A DNA stretch of 63,728 nt, the filler included, from Octopus bimaculoides (lineage: Eukaryota): assembly GCF_001194135.2 (NCBI RefSeq). It is 9 parts of 8 records of this genome, joined end to end, with 100 filler letters (N's around TTAATTAATTAA, not from the genome) between each part and the next. Parts side by side here need not be neighbours in the genome. Positions count along the whole stretch, not along the records: positions 35,941 to 49,246 come from NC_068989.1; positions 49,347 to 51,490 come from NC_068998.1; 7 more parts are not named here. One strand, given 5' to 3'. Both the position numbers and the translations under genes were made by a program. Positions 37,815 to 49,387 of the stretch are shown piece by piece. The notes beneath the pieces were generated by a model. It had not been told where the DNA came from. It did not search any database and saw only the letters and a list, made by a program, of their open reading frames with translations. The stretch's first letter is position 1. Every line of letters starts with the position of its first letter.

Positions 37815-38121
37815 NNNNNNNNNNTGTTTGATTGATTTATTGATCGATAAATGGATGCATCGATCGATAGATTAATAGATGGGCATATAGTTAGGTATGA
37901 AGATAGATAGATACAGAGAGAGAGAGAGAGAGAGAGAGAGTGAAAGAGAGAGAGAGTGAAAGAGAGAGAGAGTGAAAGAGAGAGAGAAAGAGAGAGAATG
38001 AGGGAGAGAGAAAGAGAGAGAGAGAAAGGGAGAGAGAGAAAGAGAGAAAGTAAGAGAGAGAGTTAGATAGAGAGATAGAGAGATAGAGAGATAGAGAGAT
38101 AGAGAGATAGAGAGATATATT

Positions 38122-38175
<54 letters not shown>

Positions 38176-38200
38176 TAGATAGATAGATAGATAGATAGAT
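37515..38200. repeat. (GATA)n, (GA)n and (GACA)n compound tract containing a ~95-bp duplicated segment across a 10-N gap
   Basis: Read directly; 37627-37725 resembles 37825-37920. Confidence 0.9.
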
Positions 38201-39189
38201 AGGTATGGACGATGACATTATGCACAATCAACCGTACAATATTGTGCCGTTCTGCTTCGCATGGCAACCGAGTTCGTAAATAAGTCGCACATATACACGT
38301 ACGAGTGTGTTTTTTGTTGTTGTTGTCATGTGGTGATCTGATAGACAAACAGTTGGTTGCTAAAGTAAATTTTAAGAGACATCCAAGGTCACTACTGTGT
38401 CTCACATGGCTCCTACATACGCTTTTAGCTTCAGACAATATGGCTAGTGGTGTCGGCTAGTCACGATATTCGCTATCAATTATTGGCAATCAGTTTCTGA
38501 CCATACAAACACGCGTGCTCTTACACACACGCACACATAGAGAGGCATGCGCATGCGCGCGCGCACAGACACACGCACACAGACACACGCACACACGGAC
38601 GGACAGACGCACGTACATACACGCACGCACACACGTGCACACACACACGCGCACACACGCACATCCTACCGAATTATTCCTCAGCAGCGGAAAGATGAAT
38701 AAATAACATTATTGAACGATCTTCTTTGTATGTATATATGTATGTTCGTATGTATATTTGCGTGTGTGTATGTATGTATATATGTGCATGTGTAGTACGT
38801 GTGGATTATGTATGCATGTATGTATGAATGAATAGATGACTACATACATCACATCTCTCTCACCCTCTCTCTATATATATATCTATATCTATCAATATAT
38901 GTATATATATATACATACATATACATATATATATATATATATATANNNNNNNNNNNNNNNNNNNNNNNNNNNNNNNNNNNNNNNNNNNNNNNNNNNNNNN
39001 NNNNNNNNNNNNNNNNNNNNNNNNNNNNNNNNNNNNNNNNNNNNNNNNNNNNNNNNNNNNNNNNNNNNNNNNNNNNNNNNNNNNNNNNNNNNNNNNNNNN
39101 NNNNNNNNNNNNNNNNNNNNNNNNNNNNNNNNNNNNNNNNNNNNNNNNNNNTTGTTTAATATCTTTTTATAAAGAAATTTTTTTAAATA

Positions 39190-41620
39190 TATACATATTT
39201 TATGGATGTAGTGAAATCCAACCGGTTTTTCGCTATTTAGATTAGCCATTCAAGGTACATTGGGAAGTAATCAAAGAGGTCTCGACATTTTGGATGCTTG
39301 AAAAATAAGAATGAGGCTAGAGAGTGGACCATGGGAGGTAACAGGTGGCAAAGGGGATAACTAACTCCTTAGTATAATTTTTGAACTGGTCAAGTTTGTA
39401 TATTAAGGCGTGATCTGTACTTTTGTATGAACAGGTTTTCCTTGTTTAGGCGTTCTTGTAAGGAGATTGAATCTTTGCATTGATATAATGGAAAGATATG
39501 GAAATTCGGCGTTTTATATCTTGCGCATCTATCGATGTATTCTCTCAGGGATATCTGCCCGTTTTGAGGAAAACAAATCTGTTCTTTATGCAGCGTGACT
39601 CTGCGTCTCAAAGTAAGGCTCGTTTGGCCGACGTAATTGTGGCCACAACCTGAGCAGGTTAGGGTATAGATAACGTTCTGGGAAGCACATGTGAAGTTGC
39701 TCTTAATTGAGAATTTTTCTCCTTGCTGGAATGTGAATTCCGAGCCTTCAGTTGGGTATGGGCATGTACCACAATTAGGTCGTCTGTATTTTTTAACTCT
39801 TGGTATCGTTTGTATTGAGTATTGTTTTGCATTTGTTAGGAGTCTCTTGAGTGATTTGTGTTGTTTTTTGCATTTGAGGAGCTTATGTGTATTTAGGTTG
39901 TTGTTCATTTTCGGATCTTGAGTGAGCAGGAGATTTTGTATAATTGTGTTGTATGCTTCATTGTTTCTAGGGTTGTGGGTTGATATGTATGGGAGTGATT
40001 TAAAGTGAGGTGTGGTGTTTTGCTTTGTTATCCAATTTCTTCGCACGTGTAATTCCATGGTATATAAATGCGGGTGGCTTTAAACTTTCAATGAGTGTTA
40101 ATTTGAGATCTTGTGGGTGTAGTTCCTGGGTGGTTGTGTCAGATACAGTTGTAATATCCTTTTAGCTAGATTGGATGGAATATTTATTTTGGTGTGTTTA
40201 GGGTGGCATGAACTGAAAAGAAGATACTGTTTTGAGTCTGTTGGCTTGTAGTAGATGTCAGTTGTAATTTAGTTGTTGGATTTTTTATAATCAAAATGTC
40301 CAGAAATGGGAGCTGTTCCTTGCTATATTCCATTGTAAATAGAATATTGGAATTTATATTGTTCAGTGTGGATTTAAAACCCAGGAGTTTATCATAGGTT
40401 TCATTCCAGATGATAAAACAATTGTCTAGATACCGTTTACAGTTTTCTCTTATATACTGATGGAATGGGGGCACAAATTTTCGGAGCGAAAGTTCATATA
40501 GGGTAAATTCAAAGAAACCCATTATTAGGTTCGCAAGGACAGGCGCTGCTTCGTTCCCATCGCAATACAGCATTTTTGGCGGGAGTATGTTGCATCGAAT
40601 AGGAAGTAATTGTTTTGTAGGATGAACTTCAGAGATTCAATGACAAAAGTCTGGTTCATGCGGTCCGAGAGAACTTCGGGGTATTTTCTAACCAGAATGT
40701 TATTGCTTCTATTCCGTAGTCGTGTGGAATGTTAGTGTAGAGGTTGATGACATCGAAGGAGACTAATAGAGCTTCTTCGTTGGTCGTATTTGGTAGATGC
40801 TCTAGCATGTCCAGATCATCTCTAACGAAACTTTTAAAGTATCTGAGGAAAGGTTTCGATAGTATGTCCAGAAAGTTGTTTAGGCGATGTGTTTCACAGG
40901 CCGGGCCCGCTATAATAGGACTTTATTTTAAGTCTTCTGGTGTTGGGATATTTATGTATAGACCTCGATTTCCTGTGTAGCCACTAGTAATTATTTAACT
41001 CTTGTGGATTTTGGGGATGCCATACAAGAGGCTTGGTTTGCATTTAAAGTTTGTGTTAAAGTCTTTTTCTTTTTCTGTGAGGCCTTTTCCATGTTTGAGT
41101 ATTAAAGATGCAAGATCCCTTAATGTTTTTTGCTGCCTATAATCTGCAAAGTTTTCATAAAAGGAGTCATTTTCTAGTATGGACAATACTAGGGTGTTAT
41201 AGTATTCTGTGTCCATCATTACTACAGCACTGCCTTTGTCTACTTCTCTGATTGTCAAGTCTTTGTCGTTTTTTAGTTGTAGTAGGTGCTTCCATTCTAG
41301 GTTGGTGAAGTTAGGTACAATTTTTGGTTTATAGATAGTGTGGGGAAAATTCTGGTTACGGTTGCAGAAGTCATCTAGTGTTTTATTCCTTTCTTTCGGT
41401 GGTAGATAATTACTTTTGTTTTTCACTAGTGATTCGTCATCATTGTTGTATTTGGTTAGCGTTTCTGTCAATCGAAGATTTCTACAGAATTCTGCAATAT
41501 TATCTTTCATTTCATTGGAGTTGGGTCTATGTGGGGTGAGTGTAAATATAAAACCTTTAGCCAAAATGGAGATTTTTGCTGTGGAGAGAGTTTTCTTAGA
41601 TAAGTTGATGATTATTTTCC
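39190..41620 (-). mobile_element. Penelope-like retroelement (RT + GIY-YIG endonuclease), disrupted by stops and frameshifts
   Basis: IINLSKKTLS..ISILAKGFIFTLTP; VDKGSAVVMMD; LYGIPKIHK; PIIAGPACETHRL; LVSFDVINLYTNIPH (about 40741-40770); IAMGTK; RYLDNCF (catalytic DD altered to DN, about 40419-40436); LPFLDILI; NVIYTLTCSGCGHNYVGQTSLTLRRRVTLH. Confidence 0.95.
39206..39260 (-). ncRNA. Degenerate minimal hammerhead-like motif in the Penelope 3' region
   Basis: Minus strand reads ATGTACC-TTGAATG-GCTA-ATCTAAA-TAGC-GAAA-AACCGGTT-GGATTTCACTACAT: a perfect 4-bp helix II, GAAA and a palindrome. The CUGANGA box is corrupted. Confidence 0.45.
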
Positions 41621-42109
41621 ACCTCATCGGATAAAATTACCAATGAGGACATCCTTAAGGAATTAAAAGAAAACAACAAAAATTTATTCAATCTAACCAA
41701 CAAAACTGATGGACTGTACCACCAAACCCGAGAAGAATTAGGAAACTTTTAAAGAAAGCAATCTGCAGAGAAGGTCAGTCAAAATCTAAGTAAACTATGC
41801 ACTACATTAAACCAATTCTTTACCAACATTTTCACAAACAGTACTATAAAAGATACACGACAAAAATCACCCACCCCAAATGAAAACACGCCAATTTCAG
41901 CATGCCTAATTAAAAACTGCATTAGTCACAGTTGTTCCAGAAAACTCTCATTCTGGGACATAAGGCACAAATATATGAAAATTCGATCAACTCAACACCG
42001 TTAATCTTGCCACGCAAACTCCAAATCAAACTCAGGATGATTTCAGACATTCAATGAGCCCCACAAAGCCAAAAGAAAAAATAGAAAAAAAGATTACTGG
42101 TCACCTAAT

Positions 42110-43317
42110 GCCAGTGTTCAAGGAAATCTGTGAAGCTAGTTAGTCGTGAGATGGGAATTGCATAATCAAGCATCATTCGTATTTTAGGTGTCAAAACGTG
42201 CCAAAAGTAAGATTCCAATAACGGTCCATGTTCTCAGTGAAGATGCTCTCAAGGAAGATTTATGAGCGGTAGTTAGTAAGTTATGTAGATGATGCAGACT
42301 CTCTAAGAAAGATCGTTTGGAGTAATGAGGTTTAAAGGATAATGACCCCTTTGGTCACGAATGACCATGGGATTACACCTTGAAAGTTAGCCTTCGAGGC
42401 ACAAGCCCGGGCAAGGTTGTTTTATGGAAGACCAGCAGTCGCCTATGCATACCAGCCATCCCTCTCCACGCCACCGTGTTGTTCAAGGCAAAGGCAAAGA
42501 CCGATACAGCGTGACACCAGTGACGTCGCAACTCGTTTTTACAGATGAGTGCACTAGAGCAACGTGAAATAAGGTGTCCTGCTCACGAACACAATACATA
42601 GCCTGCTCCGGGAATCGAACCCACTACCTCATGATTATGAGCCCGACGCCCTAACCATCAGACCATGCGCCTTCACAGACAATTCAATTAACCGCCACAA
42701 TTGTAGCTAATGGATAACTGATAATTTACATCTTACGGAGGAACATCATATTAATTAATAGGAGTTACAGTATGGCATTGCTTCTGATCAAAATGTAGAA
42801 CTGGACCATTCATTTTTTTACAGTACCGTCACTGCACACATTTACTTGAACTTGCTACGATACTCTGTTAAGCCAATCTTCCAAGAGATGTTTAAAGTGA
42901 TGAAATTTTATTTCCAACAATATGGAATACCTTCGCACTTCCATAGTAATATAAGGGTGTACGTTGATGAGATTTTGCCAAACAAGTGAACCACACAACA
43001 CAAAAAATTGGGGGCGATACTTGAAAAATAAAGTTCACGGTACAAAACAGTCAACGAATTGAGGGTCGCCATTGAATGAAAATGTGCACAAATTCTGAAG
43101 AAAATGATTCTTGATGTTTGCAATTACATTGGTTTGCGTTCTCAGCAATGTCTGTATCAGAACGGTCGACTGTTTCAACACAAGCATTCATAAAAAGATT
43201 AAACTGTTTGTAGATTCTAGTTAATTTTGAAAATTGAATATATTTTTTTATAAATCCTGGCTTTATAGTCACTCAATGTCTATATACATTTTGGTAAAGG
43301 GGATGGGGTGACCCTTG
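42110..43317 (+). mobile_element. Fossil DD41D (rosa-like) transposase with right end, interrupted by a SINE
   Basis: RKSVKLVSREMGI; VHVLSED; DDADSLRKIVWSNE | NRHNC..W; GVTVW; GPF; FYFQQYGIPSHFH..IRVYVDE; YLKNKV; QQCLYQNG. It ends ggggtgacccttg|TA. D1 and D2 are mutated and the SPDL region is deleted, so the spacing cannot be counted. Confidence 0.8.
42331..42676 (-). mobile_element. tRNA-derived SINE family C, near full length
   Basis: Minus-strand head gtgaaggcgcatggtctgatggttagggcg (A-box-like)...gggttcgattccc (B-box), followed by about 270 bp of non-tRNA body. Confidence 0.85.
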
Positions 43318-43351
43318 TACATTTCTTTGAGCTGCATTTAAGTATTTCAAA

Positions 43352-43653
43352 GATGGCGACCTGACAGAAACGTTAGCACGCCGGGCGAAATGTTTTAGCG
43401 GTATTTCGTCTGCCGTTACGTTCTGGGTTCAAATACCCTCTCTGTTTAGCCATTTGTGGGCAATAAATAACTAAGAAACGTTAGTACGCCGGGCAAAATG
43501 CTTANNNNNNNNNNACTTTCCCTTTCATCCTTTCGGGGTCGATAAATTAAGCACCAGTTACGTATTAGGGTCGATCTAATCGACTTAACCCCTTTGTATG
43601 TCCTTGTTTGTCCCCTCTATGTTTAGTCCCTTGTGGGTAATAAAGAAATAAGA
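43352..43653 (+). mobile_element. SINE family A, two head-to-tail units around a 10-N gap
   Basis: The tail gtgggcaataaataactaag runs directly into aaacgttagtacgccgggcaaaatgctta. Confidence 0.85.
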
Positions 43654-44908
43654 AATTAAATTGATGTGTGAATCCTTTTTACTAAGACAGTTTTGGGAAT
43701 CTCTGAATGTATAACTGATTTAGCGTATGTATATATATGCATGTATATATACACATATGGTGTGCATGTGTGTGTGCGTGCGTGCATGTGTGTACGTGTG
43801 TGTGTAGAATGGATGAACTTGCATTCATGTAACGAGTGATTTTCACTTTAGTATGTGTTTGATTGTTATTTATGAATATATGCTCATGTCCTTTACACAC
43901 CCGATTTTGATCATATCTTCATACTCAGAATTTCGAATAGCGAATTCTTGGATTCTATTACAAATATTCACTGTATCGTTTCTTGACTGTATTTGGAGAA
44001 TGCACTACGTATTGCTTTTGTAGTCTAGAATTCCAATATTTAAGAGGCTTTTATGCAAATCGCTTGTTCTATGGCCAAATGCACTTTATGACAGTAGCCT
44101 TGTTATAAAGCTGTTTCTCATTTCTAAACCACAGATCTCTTTCTCTTCAATTTTAGATGGGACATTCACATCCGTTGGGCAGCTGGCTCCTACAGTAGAA
44201 AAGGTTTAGTGAACTGTTTCCACTTGAACAGTACGAAGCCTATTTTGTTTAGATCGAGTTGCTTTTAATTGGAATGTTCTGCCAATATTTCTTGTTTTTA
44301 AAGGTATGGCTATATTCCGGTTCTGTTGTACCTTTAGTATGGTTATTTGGACAAGCCTTCCTATGTATGTGAGTTGGTATGTATGAAATGATGTATATAT
44401 GAAGAAAGGATGTATATTTGAAGTAATACCGTCTGCTAGATGGTAATAGTTCGCTTCCTTGCTTGCAATATATATATATCGGGTGGAAATTGCATCGATA
44501 ACCAGCTGGAGGAGGTTCTTCCCGGAGTTAAAAGCGGTAGTAAAGTCGATTACTATGGAACAGCTATATTTTGACGTTTTATAGATATTTCAAAATTATG
44601 ATGCTATGATGCTTGGTGTTTCCATTAGTTTGTCCAACTCCTGTATATACAGACAGAGAATTAAGTCCGAAATCTGCCGAAGTAGAAAGAGTCTTTACTG
44701 ATCGGGTAACGGAAATTGCCGGAACTGAATTCTGTAGAACAAATTTTGGAACGGCTTTTTCGGACGATTATAGTCCCTGTCTCTATATATGTATATAAAT
44801 ATGTGTTTTGACTACAATATTAGAGCATTTTAATCCTTATTTCTAGCAATGTAGGTGTTTATAATACCCTAGTCGCATTTAGTGACAATTACATTTTTTA
44901 TTTATATA

Positions 44909-45723
44909 TCTAATATATAAATCCCGTTCTGTCTGCCTGTTTTTTGTGCGCTTATAACTTGGGCGTTGTTCATCCGATCACGCTGAAATTTTAAACATGG
45001 ATACATGAGAAAGTGGGGCGTTCTGTAATCTAAAAATATTTTCAGTATTGTCATTTTCAAAGAGAGAATCATTATTTTTGTAATCATTATGACCTGTCCA
45101 TCAGATTATTAAAACTTCCATTTTTATTTTTATTCGAAACTACTGTTAAGTATCCCGTTGATCTTATCACTACGTCAGTGAAAATCGAAATAAAGCAACA
45201 GTCGTCAAAGGCAAAAGCCAAAGAATTGTTAATTGTTTAAATATCACTTGCAGTATTCACTTTGGAGATAAAATAGCATTCAGTCTGGCATATAGGTGTC
45301 AACATGAGGTGTGTAGTATGGGAGAGTGCATTTTTTAAATCCTAATTCACATCAATTTAACACGTAGGTTCATATAGATTGCCTTCTTGCCAACCGAACT
45401 GTTTACATTACTTTTTGTACTGTTTCTTCCTCCATCCTGTTCATTAACTGACGTTCTAAACAATTCATTTATACGTTTTCACATTTAAATGACAGATATA
45501 TGTAAATAAAGCTTGCTATTTGTAAATACAGTCTCATTTTGATTAAAATATTAGACCACGAACAGTTGTATTCATTTTTGCGTTTTTACACGTTAGTAAG
45601 CGGCTAAAAAATCGATATCGCTCTAAATTTAATTAACTGTAATCAACCACGTGCATTCGCTGTCAAATGTGTTCTTACGGCTGTTTTTCGTGCAATAACC
45701 CAGCTGGCACGAAAAACTACTAG
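44909..45723 (+). mobile_element. Probable non-autonomous Helitron-like element (about 815 bp)
   Basis: A|TCtaatatataaa at the 5' end. At the 3' end a perfect 11-bp stem (gtttttcgtgc 45683-45693 / gcacgaaaaac 45707-45717) is followed by CTAG at 45720-45723. The 3' flank is G rather than the canonical T. Confidence 0.55.
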
Positions 45724-46082
45724 GAAAACACAGTTACTTTAAGTGAGCAAAATTTGAAGATAAAGCAAATAAATAACTGGTGATTACTCAATTTTCTGAA
45801 GACATTTTCAAAAATATTTAGTTGAAAGTAGAAAAGACTAATTGATTGCTTATGAAACGTGAAAAATTTGGGGAATTACATCTAAAACCTTGCCTAACGT
45901 TTCTCATCCAACTTTAAAAAATACGCAGTACTGTTCAATTTTTGAGATAAAATTTATTTGCAAAGGACATGCCTTATGTTATTTTATTGCACATTGTGTC
46001 AACTCTTTTTGTGTCAGTTTTTGAGAGAAGAGAGACTTCCTTAGGCATTTTTGCGCCTTTATCGAGTAGCAGTTTCTGTTTG

Positions 46083-46345
46083 CCTGTCCATCGAGTGATT
46101 AAAACTTCCATTTATATTTTTATTCGAAACTAATGTTACTTATCCCGTAGATCTTACCACTACACCAGTGAAAATCGAAATAAAATATGTAAAGCAACAG
46201 TCGTCAAATGCAAAAGCCAAAGAACTGTTTATTGCTTAAATATTACTTGCAATATTCACTTTGGAGATAAAACAGCGTTCAGTCTGACGTATAGGTGTTA
46301 AGATGAGGTATATACTATGGAAGAGTACATTGTGCTTATCCTAAT
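46083..46345 (+). repeat. Diverged direct copy of 45093-45346
   Basis: cctgtccatc...aaaacttccattt...tattcgaaacta...gtgaaaatcgaaataaa...cactttggagataaaa...cctaat is present in both copies, with a 990-bp offset. Confidence 0.9.
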
Positions 46346-46671
46346 GTGAAAGTGTTTGAGTGCAAAAGGATTAAGGTTAATTATGATGTCCGATTCCACT
46401 GGAAGTTGTATATATTGCGGGCTGAACTGCTTTCCTTCATTTTATTGGTCTCAAGACAATTTTGAAAAGATTCACTATCAATCAATTTTTCTTCTTTAGA
46501 AGAGACAGTCAACAGTTCTAACGTCTCAGGAATATTTCATGCCGTAACCAAAATTAACAACCCCATAGAATCGTCAAACATCTCCGCAACTTAACACTGT
46601 CCAAGTTAACCCTCTTCACCTATACAAACTGTCCAATTGACGGGGAGGGGATGCTAGTAAATATATATATA

Positions 46672-47071
46672 TTACTTGTTTTAGTCATTAGACTACGGCC
46701 ATGCTGCGGCACAACCTTAAAGAATTTAGTGGAATGAATCGACTCCATTACATTTTTTAAGCCTGTTACTTATTCTATCGGTATCCTTGGCCAAACCGCT
46801 AAGCGAAGGGAATGTAAGCACACCAACACGGTCCTTAAGCTTGTGATGGGGGACAAACACAAACACAAAGATACACAGAAACACACACAGAAACACATAT
46901 ATACACACATACATAGTACGGGCTTCTTTCAGTTTCCGTTTACCAAATCTACTCACAACGCTTTAATCGGCACGAAGCTATAGTAGAAGACATTCGGCCA
47001 AGGTTAAGGTCCCACACAGTAACACTGAACCCGGAACCATGTGGTTGGGAAGCCAGCTTCTTAGCCAAACG
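46672..47071 (-). mobile_element. SINE family B, full length with internal (AC)-rich tract
   Basis: Tail, central ggcttctttcagtttccgtttaccaaatctactcacaa domain and tRNA-like head (gaacccggaaccatgtggttggg) are all present. Confidence 0.88.
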
Positions 47072-47710
47072 TAAATATGTATATTTATGTAAGTATATTT
47101 ACATAACTTTTGATGGGTGGAGTATTTGAAATATGATAACTGCCGGTATGGATTGATATATTTGCTACTGCATGAATTAGTGCTATGGGCTCTAAAACCA
47201 TCGTAGTCCGGTATTATTGCTTCACTTAAGAAAATGTAATCGACGGTGGATATTTCCAGAGGTGTGTGTGTGTGTACTACAAAGAGAGAGAGAGAGAGGG
47301 ATAGTTTAACTGAAAAGCGATAAGAATTATCGTCTTTAGAAGGACTGTTACGTGAGTTATGCAATAAAGAGAAAACATATTTGCGTGGATGGCTAAGATT
47401 TCCCTGTCCCATAGCAGTTTACAGGCAAAGTATTACAGTATCATCAAATATCATAAAACTCACTGTTACACACAGACACAAATATTAATACAGACCACAA
47501 ACACACACATATACACCCACACATACACATGCATGCACACATATACAAAATTTCAACTAGCCATAATACTGAATCGTTATCTGTACGTCGGTATAGAGTC
47601 AAGCTCTCTAGTAAATACCACTCTCTCCAATCGGGGACATGCAGAAATAATACACAAGCGAAAGAAAGGTAAACAGTGAATTAGGTGGAAGTAATATAGA
47701 GATAAGACTG

Positions 47711-47880
47711 TTTTCGAATTTCAGCACAAGGCCAGCAATTTCGGAGAAAGGGTAAGTTTATTTTTATTGACCATAGTGTGCAACTGGTACTTATTTTATC
47801 GACCCCTGAATGGAGGAAAAGCAAAGTCGACCTCAGCGGAGTATGAACTAAGACTATAAAAACGGAACCCTGAAGCAGTA
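47711..47880 (-). mobile_element. SINE family A fragment
   Basis: caactggtacttattttatcgacccctgaatggaggaaaagcaaagtcgacctcagcgga. Confidence 0.8.
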
Positions 47881-48332
47881 ACTATTTTACTAGCTCCCAT
47901 CCTTTTTTTTTTTGGGGGGGGGGAATACAGCAGTTTCCCAATGCTCTAACGTTTCTACCAAGCCACTGCCCTAAATGTACATGTGATATTAAGAGACCGA
48001 TACACTGAAATAAGAAACTACATGATAGGATCATATAAAGACAAGAGACGACATACTAAGAAACCAGCATATAATATATGGTAAAATAAAATGAATTGTT
48101 GATTCAATTATATATATATTGGTCTATATATATTTGGTACTGTCTTCGAAGACTCATATTGTCGTTTAATGCTCCAAATGAGGAGTAGATAGACTGCCGA
48201 CAACTGATGAAGGGTTGTTCTTTATGTTACTTGTCCTGTTCTCCATTTGTTACTTTCGTTATTTGCTTATTGAACTCATTTGTTTTCGTATTTCATGCTG
48301 TTTACTGTTGGTGACGTCATATACCCATATAT

Positions 48333-48394
<62 letters not shown>

Positions 48395-49214
48395 NNNNNN
48401 NNNNNNNNNNNNNNNNNNNNNNNNNNNNNNNNNNNNNNNNNNNNNNNNNNNNNNNNNNNNNNNNNNNNNNNNNNNNNNNNNNNNNNNNNNNNNNNNNNNN
48501 NNNNNNNNNNNNNNNNNNNNNNNNNNNNNNNNNNNNNNNNNNNNNNNNNNNNNNNNNNNNNNTATATATATATGCATGTATATGTATATATATATTATTT
48601 ATATTATTTAATTGAACGCCACGCATCCATTTCCAAGAAAGTTTATCTTATTTTTTTTATGCGAATCTACTCTATGCTGTATTCTCACCCATTGTTTTCT
48701 CTCTCAGCCTTTCTCTAATCCCCTTTATTCTTCCCCCTCACCGTTTTCTATCTGTCTCTCCCTCTCCCTCTTTCTCTCTTTCTCTCTCTCATTGCTCACA
48801 CGTGACCATCGTCCATCTTTCTTTCCATCACGTGATCATCCTTCTTTTCTTCCAGGACTGTCCTAAGGACTTGAAGTATCCTATCTCTTTCTTCTATCTT
48901 TTCACTTGTCAAAGTAAATATTTCTCCAACGTTCGCAACGACCCTGCATGTTCGTTTTCATTCGTCTGCACTGTCCTGATTTTGTATATATGTTATAACT
49001 GTTTTTATTTTAACTCATGTCCATTGTCCAGAAAACTTTCGCCTCATATCTGTGAGCTCTTCAGTGAAACTTTCCATCCTCGTTTGACCTTCTGCTCCGC
49101 TTAGACCATTCTGTTTTTCTATGATGTGTATCCTTATATGCGCATTTGTTTGCGTCAGTATTTGTGTGTGCGTACGCCTATCAATGTGTTTCGCATATGC
49201 GTATATAATGGCTT

Positions 49215-49246
<32 letters not shown>

Positions 49247-49346
49247 NNNNNNNNNNNNNNNNNNNNNNNNNNNNNNNNNNNNNNNNNNNNTTAATTAATT
49301 AANNNNNNNNNNNNNNNNNNNNNNNNNNNNNNNNNNNNNNNNNNNN

Positions 49347-49387
<41 letters not shown>

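Noticed and set aside
42600-42676. tRNA gene
   Set aside because: A and B boxes are present, but I could not fold a full cloverleaf and the sequence continues into a SINE body. It is a tRNA-derived SINE head.
43900-44580. Minus-strand coding remnant
   Set aside because: All frames contain several stops and I could not match any family motif; there is not enough evidence to call it.
45093-46345. Pair of LTRs flanking a small LTR element
   Set aside because: There are no TG...CA boundaries, PBS, PPT or TSD, and the first copy lies inside a Helitron-like unit.
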